64,000 nt of DNA from the IMG/VR virus record IMGVR_UViG_3300002835_000026. One strand, given 5' to 3'. How positions within the stretch are numbered: the stretch's first letter is position 1; every line of letters starts with the position of its first letter. The position numbers were made by a program, and so were the translations under genes. The stretch comes from a virus. This document shows, in pieces, positions 31,484-41,431 of this stretch. The notes beneath the pieces are model-generated. The model was not told the DNA's origin. It saw nothing but the letters and a program-made list of their open reading frames with translations, and ran no database searches.

Positions 31484-32596
31484 TTATATTCCTGCTAGTT
31501 TTTGCATTCTAATGAATTCTAAAGATAAAGATTCATTTATTGCTGATGGTGATTTTATATTTTTTACAATAGAACTTATAGACTCCCAACTTTCTTTAAT
31601 TAATTCAATTATAGCATATGCTAATAATATATAATGACCAAATTCCCATATCTTTATAAGATCATCTGCGTAAGGAATATAAGCAGAATATTCTTTTATT
31701 TTTTCTTCTACCCAACTCCAAGAAGAGTTAAAAACTCCTGAAATTTCCATAACAGCTGATATAAGTTCTGGAATAACATGAAATTCCATAGCTTTAGGGC
31801 CTCCTATTTTTTCAATAAATTTAGATATTAGTGTTAATATTTTAGAACTTGCCCAAGAACCAGTTATACTTACAATACCCATTACTGGATTTAATGCTAC
31901 TTTTATTATGTTTCCTAACCATGTTTTCCATTTACTATTTTCTTCTGCTTCTAATAAAACATTAGGATTATTTAAATGTTCAGTAGTTTGTTTATTAAAT
32001 ATATTTTCTTGAATATTTTTTCCTGCTTCTTCTGCTTTTGTAATAACTGGTTCAACTACTTTGTCGCCAATAGCATCAATCATAGTACTTGGGTCTTCTA
32101 TTTTACCCTTAAAAAAACTATCTATTTTAAGTATGTGATTTATTTCAGCTATTAAATCATCTCTATCTGGGCCATTTAGTGCTTTTTTAAAGGCTTCTGT
32201 TATTTTATTTTTATTTTTTTCTATTAATCCTTTAATTGCTGTTTTTCCTTTTGAAATAAGATCAGTAAAAGCTTTTTTAATTTGAGCCCAAACTTTTACA
32301 ACATAATTTTTAATTCCACCAAAAGTAGATTTAACTTTTTCCCATCCTGATCTAAACCAATCTGCTATACCTTCGTTTACTTGAGATTCAAATAATACTA
32401 TATTTTTTCTATGAAAACTAGAATGTGATTCAAGATATAAAGATAATGCTTGTTTTTCACCACTAGTAAAATAATCATTATTTGGTATAGATTTAATAAA
32501 TTCTTCTTGAACTATTTTTATAGTCTTAGGTATTAAAGAAAATGAAATTTCCTTTTTTACTTCTTTAATTAATTGTTTTAATTCTGATTGTTTCAC
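31484..32596 (-). CDS. Helical protein with hydrophobic segments and both terminal cargo motifs
   Basis: GTG start MKQSELKQLIKE; ends EFIRMQKLAGI. Confidence 0.65.
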   Translation of the reverse strand: MKQSELKQLIKEVKKEISFSLIPKTIKIVQEEFIKSIPNNDYFTSGEKQALSLYLESHSSFHRKNIVLFESQVNEGIADWFRSGWEKVKSTFGGIKNYVVKVWAQIKKAFTDLISKGKTAIKGLIEKNKNKITEAFKKALNGPDRDDLIAEINHILKIDSFFKGKIEDPSTMIDAIGDKVVEPVITKAEEAGKNIQENIFNKQTTEHLNNPNVLLEAEENSKWKTWLGNIIKVALNPVMGIVSITGSWASSKILTLISKFIEKIGGPKAMEFHVIPELISAVMEISGVFNSSWSWVEEKIKEYSAYIPYADDLIKIWEFGHYILLAYAIIELIKESWESISSIVKNIKSPSAINESLSLEFIRMQKLAGI

Positions 32597-32853
32597 GACT
32601 TATATATTTTTAATCTTAATGTACCTGTACCTTTTATAGCGCGGTGCCATTCATGTCTTGGTATAAATATTGGTTGGTTTATAGAAGTCGGCAATTGATT
32701 TTCAAGTTGTAATTGCCAATCTGTTTTACCCATTACTTCAACTGTTCTGTCTTCATCATCACGATGCCACATTAGTTCAATTGGATCTATATTTTCGTTA
32801 AATTCACGAATAATATATTCATCTGTAACTTCTATATCAGTGTATGGTCTCAT
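32593..32853 (-). CDS. Small cupin-like protein
   Basis: WHRDDEDR...IFIPRHEWHRAIKG cupin His motifs. Confidence 0.65.
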   Translation of the reverse strand: MRPYTDIEVTDEYIIREFNENIDPIELMWHRDDEDRTVEVMGKTDWQLQLENQLPTSINQPIFIPRHEWHRAIKGTGTLRLKIYKS

Positions 32854-32857
32854 TTAA

Positions 32858-33388
32858 TTATATATTTTTATTTATTAGTATATATAATTTATATTCATCA
32901 TCTCCCCAACTGCCACCTAAAGATTCAACTTTAGTCACATATGGTAATTGTTTCATCATTTTTTCAGCTAAACTTTGATATATTCTATCTCGTTTACTAT
33001 TTCTACTTGTTTCTTCATCTGCCTCATTAGCAGGATGGCATTCTAATGTAAATTCACCATAGCCTTTAAAGTCAATTTCAATAAATTTTTTTAGAATATC
33101 AACAACAGTATTTAATACTGCTATACCGTCTCCTGATTCAGTTTGAGCCCATGGATTTCCTTTATTTAAACCAAAACTAACATCTAATATTAAATCATCA
33201 TTAGTTATATCTTCAGGTTTAGCTTTAGAATTCACTAAAGATATCCAGTAATCTTCATATGAATTATTTATAGAAACAAAAATATTGTTTCCTTTTTTAT
33301 TTATAAAATTATAACGTACACCATCACTTGTTTTTTTAGGACCTGTGAATGAGTAACTTTCTGTTAATAAATCAATGAGTTTGATCAT
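32858..33388 (-). CDS. Hypothetical protein with CTS-like N-terminus MIKLIDLLTE
   Basis: 176-aa ORF. Confidence 0.65.
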   Translation of the reverse strand: MIKLIDLLTESYSFTGPKKTSDGVRYNFINKKGNNIFVSINNSYEDYWISLVNSKAKPEDITNDDLILDVSFGLNKGNPWAQTESGDGIAVLNTVVDILKKFIEIDFKGYGEFTLECHPANEADEETSRNSKRDRIYQSLAEKMMKQLPYVTKVESLGGSWGDDEYKLYILINKNI

Positions 33389-34008
33389 TTTCTTTTAGTA
33401 TCAATCATATCGTAATAAAATGAATCTCCATCTTCAGTTACCCATCTATCAGATTGGTTTTCTACTGATGGTAATTCAGTGTCTACTTTAAATTGTTTTA
33501 AATCTTCAGGTAATTTTTTAGTTACCCAATTTGAATCTTTCCAAAATAATCTATTATTTGGTTGACACATTAAATATCCATCATCTGCTTTAAATATATG
33601 TCCACATTTATAATCTGATGGTTCATCACTATATGGATTATCATACCAATCTACAGTAAACATATAAGTTCCCCAAACTTTACTTCCGTCTCTTAAAACA
33701 ATTTGAGCTCTATGATATGATAAAAAATCATATTCTACAACTGATACATTAACTGAAAAACAATCCCATAATTGTTTAAAATTAAATGGAATGTCGTTTT
33801 CTGGAATTTTAGTATAGATTTCAGATATTGGAACCCTATTTCTAACCATACCATCATCAGTCATAACATGAAATGTTAATATTTTTCCGGAACATGATTG
33901 TAGTCCAAAAACATAAACATTTAAAAATACTTCTGAATCTTTTTTATTTTTAGTGAAATATGATTTACGAACTAAAGCTTTAAAACTTGGAATATCCGCG
34001 TTTAACAT
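33385..34008 (-). CDS. Conserved-looking hypothetical phage protein
   Basis: 207 aa; QLWDCFS, YMFTVDW, QPNNRL motifs. Confidence 0.7.
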   Translation of the reverse strand: MLNADIPSFKALVRKSYFTKNKKDSEVFLNVYVFGLQSCSGKILTFHVMTDDGMVRNRVPISEIYTKIPENDIPFNFKQLWDCFSVNVSVVEYDFLSYHRAQIVLRDGSKVWGTYMFTVDWYDNPYSDEPSDYKCGHIFKADDGYLMCQPNNRLFWKDSNWVTKKLPEDLKQFKVDTELPSVENQSDRWVTEDGDSFYYDMIDTKRK

Positions 34009-34009
34009 A

Positions 34010-34327
34010 TTATTTTTCTCTAATTAACAATTCGCCTAATACTTCTAAACGACCAACTTCACGTTGGAATTCATTTTGAGTCATATCTAATGATATTTTT
34101 TTATAGGTTTCATCGAATTCTTTTTTAGCTGCTTCTTTATCAAATTTACCTTTTATAGCTTTTTTATAATAAGATGGTTTCACATTAAAGTGAGTATATG
34201 TTAATAAAGCATCGCCGCCTTTTTCTTTAGCATTAGCTATAATTTTTTCAGCACCTGCTAAACGATTTTTAGCAAATGTTTCAAAACTTTCTTTAGCTTC
34301 AGTTAATAATTGAATAAGATTAATCAT
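34010..34327 (-). CDS. Hypothetical protein with CTS-like N-terminus MINLIQLLTE
   Basis: 105-aa ORF. Confidence 0.65.
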   Translation of the reverse strand: MINLIQLLTEAKESFETFAKNRLAGAEKIIANAKEKGGDALLTYTHFNVKPSYYKKAIKGKFDKEAAKKEFDETYKKISLDMTQNEFQREVGRLEVLGELLIREK

Positions 34328-34767
34328 TTTTTTATTTTTTTAAATGGAGCATATCCTGAACCATATGGAGCTGATTTGCCAGATTGAGGATCTGGAGTTT
34401 CTGATATAGTCCAAGTTTTAGCATCATGTGCTTTTTCTTTCAATTTAAATGTAACAACACCACGAATTGATTTAATATCTTTTTCTACTTTAGTTACAAT
34501 ATTAGTATTGTCATTTAATCCTTTAGGGAATGGTGATGGATCAATTTTAATATCTAAATAAGCATATTCATATTGTGATGATGGATTACCTGACTGATAT
34601 TCTCTGTTATTAACAATAGTTACACCTAATACAGCTCTAACATCAGATAAAATGTATTTCATTTTAGCAACTTTAGGGTTGATAACAATAACACCACCAA
34701 TGGCTAATACCTTTTTTGATGAAGCATATTCTTCTTTAATTGCTTTTTTAATTTCTGATAGTTTCAT
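34324..34767 (-). CDS. Hypothetical protein (start probably MKLSEIKKAIKEE)
   Basis: ORF track 34324..34785; the ATG at 34767 carries the shared N-terminal motif. Confidence 0.6.
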   Translation of the reverse strand: MKLSEIKKAIKEEYASSKKVLAIGGVIVINPKVAKMKYILSDVRAVLGVTIVNNREYQSGNPSSQYEYAYLDIKIDPSPFPKGLNDNTNIVTKVEKDIKSIRGVVTFKLKEKAHDAKTWTISETPDPQSGKSAPYGSGYAPFKKIKK

Positions 34768-34778
34768 AATTGTAAGTA

Positions 34779-35426
34779 TTACCAAAAACCGGTAAAAGTA
34801 GTTTTAAATCCTAATAAGTTTGCGTAACGAGGTAATCTACATGACCAGTAACGTGCTGTTGTTTTATCTTTAGCTTGTGGACAATTCATTCTATCTGAAA
34901 ATGCTTTACGTGCTTTAGGATTGTTTAGTTTTGCTCTTAAAGCTCCACCAGCCATACCAAATGATATTTTTTTAACTTTATCACCGTCTTTAACATAAAC
35001 ATAGAATTTTTTAGATCCACCACGTTTTGGTTTACCTAATGCTACTTCTTTACCTTGGTATTTAGCTTCAGTTATTATTTCCATTAATGGTAAATCTAAA
35101 GGAACAAATTCGCCTTCATATTTTGCCCACCTGCCAATATCAGTACGTTCAAATATTTTTTTATCTGTACCTTGTAATTCAATAATACCTTTAGACCATA
35201 ACATTCTCGCTTCAGTCAATAATTTTTGATGAGCGAAACTGCCTGGGCGATATATATTCTCGGTAAGCTGTATTTTACTGTCTATATGGTAACGCATCGC
35301 CTCAGATATCGCCATATTGTACTGCTTAGACTCTACGAGTAAAGGCGGTGTATCGCAGTGTTTGCATGAATCGGTTACTTTGTAATTTTGCAAAGTTTCT
35401 GAGATAAGTTGTTTTAATTTATTCAT
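34779..35426 (-). CDS. Two-module hypothetical protein with a basic Cys-containing C-terminal domain
   Basis: MNKLKQLISE; ITE|AKY junction; KKFYVYVK...ARKAFSDRMNC...ARYWSC; late motif at 35429-35438. Confidence 0.7.
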   Translation of the reverse strand: MNKLKQLISETLQNYKVTDSCKHCDTPPLLVESKQYNMAISEAMRYHIDSKIQLTENIYRPGSFAHQKLLTEARMLWSKGIIELQGTDKKIFERTDIGRWAKYEGEFVPLDLPLMEIITEAKYQGKEVALGKPKRGGSKKFYVYVKDGDKVKKISFGMAGGALRAKLNNPKARKAFSDRMNCPQAKDKTTARYWSCRLPRYANLLGFKTTFTGFW

Positions 35427-35437
35427 GATTATAAATA

Positions 35438-36463
35438 TTAAATTGCTTTAGCAGTTGAAAATTGCTTTTTAGGATAAAATCCAAATCTTGCGTTTTTAAT
35501 GTCTTGTTGACTCATATTATTTCTAAAAGTGACAGCCATATGTGGTATATATTCTCCAGTTAATTGTTGTGGATATATAAAATAAGCAGGACTAGTTATT
35601 TCAAAATACTCACCTTTATCAATTAATGTTATATTTCCAAAGCATATTAATTCTACTTTATCAATTCCAAAATCTTCACCTAAACCGTAAGATGCTTTTA
35701 ATTTTAAATCATCAGATTTAATATCTCTTTTATAACTGTCTTTATTTTTTAGTTCTCCACCTGATGTTTGCTTAACAGCATCTATAAAGCTTTTAACCTC
35801 ATCATTATTACTTAATTTACTCATTCCTGATAATTGTTGAGATTGAATATCTTTATGTTGGATATATAGATTTTCATCACCCTTAAATATAAAATCAGCT
35901 TGTTTATTACCTGGTATTTTTTCTACTGTAGTAATATTTTTGTATACTTTTTCTCCTACTTTTATATTAATACTTCCACCTTTTTCTTCAATAGCTTTAT
36001 TTAAATTACTTAATTGATAATCTTCAATATCAGCACCAATAGCTTCCATACCTAATACTAAAATTATATCTTTTCCTTCAATAGGAAATTGGAATGCAAA
36101 ATTTCTGCTACTAGGATTTTGGTTATTAGGATTACCTAATTTTGTTGGAGGAAGAATTTTAATATCTTTAGGATCTATATCAAATATATTAGATATAATA
36201 TCTATAAATTCATTATTAGTAATATTCCCTATATTTTTTATACGTTTAGGTCTACTATGAGGACCTAATTTTCCTTTAGCTTCATCTGATGATAAAATAG
36301 TTCTTATAACTTGGGGTGTTGTTATTTTATCTTCTTTTAAACTAATACCTAAATTATTTAGTAATGATTCCATTAATAAAATATCCTGTTCATTTTTCAT
36401 GTCAGGATATCCTTTAGGAAATTTATAAGAATATTGTTTTAAAAACTTATCTAATGGATCCAT
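35438..36463 (-). CDS. Putative PD-(D/E)xK-like nuclease with a separate N-terminal module
   Basis: IED...KQADFIF...YIQHK catalytic-like spacing; N-terminal KFPKGYPD...SLKE segment. Confidence 0.5.
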   Translation of the reverse strand: MDPLDKFLKQYSYKFPKGYPDMKNEQDILLMESLLNNLGISLKEDKITTPQVIRTILSSDEAKGKLGPHSRPKRIKNIGNITNNEFIDIISNIFDIDPKDIKILPPTKLGNPNNQNPSSRNFAFQFPIEGKDIILVLGMEAIGADIEDYQLSNLNKAIEEKGGSINIKVGEKVYKNITTVEKIPGNKQADFIFKGDENLYIQHKDIQSQQLSGMSKLSNNDEVKSFIDAVKQTSGGELKNKDSYKRDIKSDDLKLKASYGLGEDFGIDKVELICFGNITLIDKGEYFEITSPAYFIYPQQLTGEYIPHMAVTFRNNMSQQDIKNARFGFYPKKQFSTAKAI

Positions 36464-36753
36464 TATTTTACTTCAATTTGCTTCAAATTTGAAAATATTT
36501 GAGTTAATAAATTGTCGTCATTTGTTTTAATCATAGCAATCATAGTATCAGCCAATATTTTATTAGCCGCTACATTCAAAGGTTTATTACTTTTTACTAA
36601 ATTAATAGTAGTAGTAAATTTAGAAGGATCAAAACCTTCAACACCTAATTTTTTAAATAAATCTGTTTTGATTTGACCTTGAAGTTTTGGTTCTTCAGTA
36701 GTGACTTCTAAAATTTGTTCTCTTATTAATTTTTTAAGTTCTGATTTTTTCAT
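36463..36753 (-). CDS. Hypothetical protein, N-terminus MKKSELKKLIREQILE
   Basis: 96-aa ORF. Confidence 0.65.
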   Translation of the reverse strand: MKKSELKKLIREQILEVTTEEPKLQGQIKTDLFKKLGVEGFDPSKFTTTINLVKSNKPLNVAANKILADTMIAMIKTNDDNLLTQIFSNLKQIEVK

Positions 36754-36764
36754 AATATTAGTAA

Positions 36765-37253
36765 TTAAATTGTTAAATCAGCAGCTGGAGTTGATTCTTC
36801 AGCTGGACCTGGTTCTGTAGCTGCTTCATCACCTGAATCTTTAAATGATGAATTCGCATCTTTTGAAGCTCCATATGATAATAATCTAGCTATAGATTCT
36901 GTTGCCCGCCCTTCGTCTTTTATATCATTTAGCCAATATTTTTTACCTTCTGATTTACAAATCCATGTAACATCATCATATAGTAAGTAAAAGAATTGAT
37001 TGTTAGCTAATAATATTTTAAATGTTGTTGGTTTAGGTGCTATCCATTGTATTTCACTAACAAAATCTTTATATTGAGTTGTTAGTAATTGAATGATAGA
37101 ATCACGTAATGTAGGGAATTTAGCTAAAATAGGAAACTTATCCAAATCTAAAGAAATATCTGTTTTAGGAACATCTAAATCTATTTTAGATTGGGCTTTG
37201 TAAACTTGTTTTACAATAGCACGTATTCTATTTTTAAAGTCTTCTTTTACCAT
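36765..37253 (-). CDS. Hypothetical protein
   Basis: 162-aa ORF, coupled to its upstream gene. Confidence 0.65.
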   Translation of the reverse strand: MVKEDFKNRIRAIVKQVYKAQSKIDLDVPKTDISLDLDKFPILAKFPTLRDSIIQLLTTQYKDFVSEIQWIAPKPTTFKILLANNQFFYLLYDDVTWICKSEGKKYWLNDIKDEGRATESIARLLSYGASKDANSSFKDSGDEAATEPGPAEESTPAADLTI

Positions 37254-38653
37254 TAGTTTTTATTTTCTTTATTCCAGTCTGATAAACTCATCATGCCTAC
37301 TTCAGTATCATAATCATCATAATAATTATTTTTTACTCGTTGACCTATTTTTTGAGCTTCAGCTTTTGAATTTAAAGTATGTCTTAATTTTTTACCGGTT
37401 TTATCTACATTAATCCATACTACCCACTTTTCACCTTCTGCTGCTTCTTCTTTAACCATTGGTTTTTTAAGTTTAGCCATTATTTTTTCAGATAATGTTG
37501 AGTTTGTTAAAGATTTAACTTCATCCATGTTCTGTGCATTTACAGCGTTAAAAACTTCTTGACCATATTTTGACACTACTTCTTTCTCAGACTTTCCAGC
37601 ATCAATCATTTTTTTAGCCGCAGCAATATCCTGTTTAAATTGTGTTGGTTTAGATGATTTAACTCTATATTTTTCTTGTGCAGGAGTAACTTCATTCATT
37701 GGTTCATCCATTGCTGGAATAATATCTTCGTAATCCTGCATTGACAATGTTTCTTTACTTTTATTGATTTCAATAGCTTTTTCAGCCACATCATGTAAAT
37801 CCATATCCGCTTTAGCGTCTTCACGAGCAAATTCTAACATACGAATAAATAAAGGTACATCCATAGTAACTGTATCTACTGCATCTTTAGCTTCTGCTTC
37901 TTCTTCGTTAACTTCTTCTTTAACTAAACCACCTTTAAGGATAGTCATAATAGATGAGTAAGCATCATCAATACTATAATCATAGTATTTAGCTACACCT
38001 TTAACAAATTGTTCTACTTTTTTTCTTAATTCAGGATTAATACTACCTCCAGTAACAAACATTTGAGCTTTTTCTTCTTGAATCATAGCATCTAAAGCTG
38101 GTTGTTTATCTTCAAATTCTAAATAATGTTTAGCTTTATCCATATAATCAGCAGCTAGATGGATTTTTTCTTGCCACCAATCAGGGAAATCAACTTCTTG
38201 ATCCATTTGATCATATTTATCTAGCATTTTATATAAACTAGCGGCATATTTAGCTATACGATAAACAGATGCTTTTAACATATCTGGTTCATCATCTTGA
38301 TGGCCTAAATCAATATCTTCTTTTGTAGCTTTTTTAATGATTGATTTTTGCAATTCATCAGGTAATGATTTTTGACCACCTTTTAAAGCAGGATCAGTAT
38401 CAAACTCTTTTGAAAATTTTTCATCTACAGGACTCATAAGAGTCTTTTTAATCATTTCACGTACTTTATCTTTATTCATGTTTTCTGCTGTTTTTTTAGC
38501 TATATTAGTAGCACGTCCATACATCACTTTTTCAGCATCTTTACCATAGCGTTTAACTAATGATGATTTTGCGGTTTTAAGTTGCTTAATAACTTCCTCA
38601 CGTTTTTTTAATTCATTAGGAGTTAATGTTTTTTCAGTGATACTTTGTTTCAT
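37253..38653 (-). CDS. Modular hypothetical polyprotein
   Basis: 466 aa; short modules separated by x-x-E sites. Confidence 0.7.
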   Translation of the reverse strand: MKQSITEKTLTPNELKKREEVIKQLKTAKSSLVKRYGKDAEKVMYGRATNIAKKTAENMNKDKVREMIKKTLMSPVDEKFSKEFDTDPALKGGQKSLPDELQKSIIKKATKEDIDLGHQDDEPDMLKASVYRIAKYAASLYKMLDKYDQMDQEVDFPDWWQEKIHLAADYMDKAKHYLEFEDKQPALDAMIQEEKAQMFVTGGSINPELRKKVEQFVKGVAKYYDYSIDDAYSSIMTILKGGLVKEEVNEEEAEAKDAVDTVTMDVPLFIRMLEFAREDAKADMDLHDVAEKAIEINKSKETLSMQDYEDIIPAMDEPMNEVTPAQEKYRVKSSKPTQFKQDIAAAKKMIDAGKSEKEVVSKYGQEVFNAVNAQNMDEVKSLTNSTLSEKIMAKLKKPMVKEEAAEGEKWVVWINVDKTGKKLRHTLNSKAEAQKIGQRVKNNYYDDYDTEVGMMSLSDWNKENKN

Positions 38654-40776
38654 TATCTTAAAATTCTTTTTAACATTGGAAACATATTTTCATTAATTTG
38701 ATTTAATTTACCTTTAGCTTTTTTAGCTTCAGCCATATCAGGATAACTATCATCATAAACATCCATGCTGTCATCATAATTATCATCATTATCATCACCT
38801 GGATTATCTCCAGCATCATATTGATTTAAGAAGTCTTCCAATTTCATTCCTGGATTTTTCTGTATTGCTGTAAACATATCATTTATTATGTCTTCATTGT
38901 CCATATTTGATAAAATATCATATATAGCATCAGCACTATCATCATTTATAGCTTCATTAATTGGAGCTGTATCTAAGATATGAGCTTTAGTAAAATAAGT
39001 AATTGTATTAGCAATTTGAGTAATTAATTTTTCATCACCTAATGCTTTTGCTTCAGCATATGCTGCTTGTAAGTTAGATTGAATACCTGATACTTCAGTT
39101 GTTTTACCAGCCATCATATCTGATTCAGGAGCATCAACTACTTCAGTATCGTCTACTGTTATGTCTTCAACTTCTTTATCTTTTTTAGCTTCACTAAGAC
39201 TGTCATTAGCTAACTTACCCATGTCCACTAAATTTTCTAATTCTTCACGTTCATCATTATTAAGATCTGTGCCATCTTTAAATTTAGCAACAGAAATATA
39301 AACGTCAGAATAATCATTATAAGATCCACCTTCTACTTCAATTGAATTAACATCAACTTCTTTTCCGTTTAACATTACTTTGTTTGATTCTGCTTCTTTT
39401 AAGGTAGTACCATCAGAAATTCCTTTAATACTTGAATGTAACATTGCTAAGAAATATTTCATTTCTATTATTCTATCTTCCATCTCTCTATCTGTGAATT
39501 GACCAAACATGACAAGATTTTTAACTATATCTAAATTCCTAAAAGCAGTTTCTATAGCAGTAACAGTTTTTCTTTCAACATCTTTAGGCTTAGTAAAGTC
39601 CCAATTATCTCCAATAGTAGATATAGCTTCATCTAAAGGATTTTGCAACATATCTTCTAATTTTTCTGCTTCTTCTTCTGATAAACCAGGATAAGAGTTC
39701 ATTAATTCTTCAGCATCATATTCACGCATCTCATCTATAAAAAGATCACCTTTATTTTTAAAATATTTAAATAAAAACTCAGCATCATAGTTGTTGTCTT
39801 CTAATTCTACTTCTTCTGCTTCAGCTAATGGATCATACATGTTATTTAAAGCACCTGGTTCATCAATATCTTCTGTAGAATCTTCATTTAATTCAGCTAA
39901 AATCATTTCTTTGATTTTTGATTTTAGTTTAGATTTAGTCATCTTTTCTTTTTCGATTTCTTCACCTTTTTTAACTCCAGCACCATATATATTTTCTTCA
40001 CCTTTTTTACCTAAACGTTTAGCTGATTTAGCTCTATCATAATCAGTATCACCTTCGCTCATTTGTGTATTATTTAATTTAGATAAATCGTTTGGATCAA
40101 TAACAACTATTAAATTATCAATTTCTTGACCATATCCTATTGGACTATCACCTACTTCATTTTTTACTCCAATAGAAGTTAAATAATTACTCATTTCATC
40201 TGCTAATTTATCTACTGTATTATTTAAAAATGATTTTTCTTTATCTTTTAAATAATCTCTATCACCAAAATCCATAGAATTTTCTATTTCTTTAAAATTA
40301 TCACTGTTAGTAACAACTAAATAAAGTTCATTATCTACTTTATAGTATTCAACATTTTTAAATTTACCAAAACTTACTTTTGAATCTTTGTAAGCACCTT
40401 CACCTTCATTCATATCATCTAAGAAAAAGTCTTGACCTGGGAATAAAGTAGCTAAATCAGTTAATTTTAAATTAACTTGATAAATAGATGGAGCCATTTC
40501 TTGGTATACTTCTGAATTATATTTGTCTGCTATAGTTTGGATCATAATGTCATCATTTGATGCAATCATGACTTTGTTTTTTGCTGGGTATACCCAGATG
40601 TCTAGTGTTTCATCAGCATTTTTATTTGGAGGTACCATGTGGTAGATATTATCATCTCCCATGATTCTTTTCCATGATGAAAAATTTAACATGTTAGTAT
40701 TAGATCCTTGATTTTCTTTAATAATACCCGCAAGTTTTTGCATGCGAGCTAATTGTTCATTTAATGTTGGTTTCAT
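38653..40776 (-). CDS. Acidic modular polyprotein with N-terminal RMQKLAGI
   Basis: 707 aa; MKPTLNEQLARMQKLAGIIKE; late motif at 40795-40804. Confidence 0.7.
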   Translation of the reverse strand: MKPTLNEQLARMQKLAGIIKENQGSNTNMLNFSSWKRIMGDDNIYHMVPPNKNADETLDIWVYPAKNKVMIASNDDIMIQTIADKYNSEVYQEMAPSIYQVNLKLTDLATLFPGQDFFLDDMNEGEGAYKDSKVSFGKFKNVEYYKVDNELYLVVTNSDNFKEIENSMDFGDRDYLKDKEKSFLNNTVDKLADEMSNYLTSIGVKNEVGDSPIGYGQEIDNLIVVIDPNDLSKLNNTQMSEGDTDYDRAKSAKRLGKKGEENIYGAGVKKGEEIEKEKMTKSKLKSKIKEMILAELNEDSTEDIDEPGALNNMYDPLAEAEEVELEDNNYDAEFLFKYFKNKGDLFIDEMREYDAEELMNSYPGLSEEEAEKLEDMLQNPLDEAISTIGDNWDFTKPKDVERKTVTAIETAFRNLDIVKNLVMFGQFTDREMEDRIIEMKYFLAMLHSSIKGISDGTTLKEAESNKVMLNGKEVDVNSIEVEGGSYNDYSDVYISVAKFKDGTDLNNDEREELENLVDMGKLANDSLSEAKKDKEVEDITVDDTEVVDAPESDMMAGKTTEVSGIQSNLQAAYAEAKALGDEKLITQIANTITYFTKAHILDTAPINEAINDDSADAIYDILSNMDNEDIINDMFTAIQKNPGMKLEDFLNQYDAGDNPGDDNDDNYDDSMDVYDDSYPDMAEAKKAKGKLNQINENMFPMLKRILR

Positions 40777-40807
40777 GTTTTATATAGTTATATATTATAA
40801 ATATGTG

Positions 40808-41080
40808 TTATTTGTTAAACTTAACTTTTGCTTTTTCTGTATTGGATACAAATTGTTTACCTTTTTTACTACCCTCAACTTTTTTGCGTGTTGTTGCGGC
40901 ACGTTCTGCTTTAGTTAAGCGTTTTGCTTTAGCTAATGGTAAGCAACGTTGTGTTGCTTTACCTTTAGGCATTGTACCACAGTCACCTGCGATGTTACCT
41001 TGAGTATCTATACGGACCCATTTTTCTTTTTTAAACCAGTCACGTAGTGATTCTTGTACTAGACGTTTTAAATTGTCCAT
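40808..41080 (-). CDS. Small basic Cys-containing hypothetical protein
   Basis: LRDWFKKEKWVRI...CG...CLP. Confidence 0.7.
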   Translation of the reverse strand: MDNLKRLVQESLRDWFKKEKWVRIDTQGNIAGDCGTMPKGKATQRCLPLAKAKRLTKAERAATTRKKVEGSKKGKQFVSNTEKAKVKFNK

Positions 41081-41430
41081 TATTTTTTCTTGCCTGACAT
41101 TAATCCTTTACATACCTTAACAGCTCGACCTGATAAATAAGCTGAAGATTTTTCGCCAGATGCAAGTCTACGTTGACGATATGCTTCGCCTTTAGGGCAA
41201 AGTTTTTCAGTTAATAATTCATTTAATATATTATCAATGCGTTCTTTTAATCTAGGTGTATTAAATATTTTATTAATAATAACAAAATCAGTTATTGGAT
41301 CTAATTCATCCACTGTTTTACCATTAGCATAAAGTTTTAAAAAATATTTTACTGTAGGTGTATTGTAAGTATCAATTTTGTCTTTGATAATTTCTAATTT
41401 TTCCTTAGCTACTTGTTGAATTGCATCCAT
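41080..41430 (-). CDS. Hypothetical protein with a basic Cys-containing C-terminal module
   Basis: LTE|KLCPKG...SAYLSGRAVKVCKG. Confidence 0.65.
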   Translation of the reverse strand: MDAIQQVAKEKLEIIKDKIDTYNTPTVKYFLKLYANGKTVDELDPITDFVIINKIFNTPRLKERIDNILNELLTEKLCPKGEAYRQRRLASGEKSSAYLSGRAVKVCKGLMSGKKK

Positions 41431-41431
41431 A

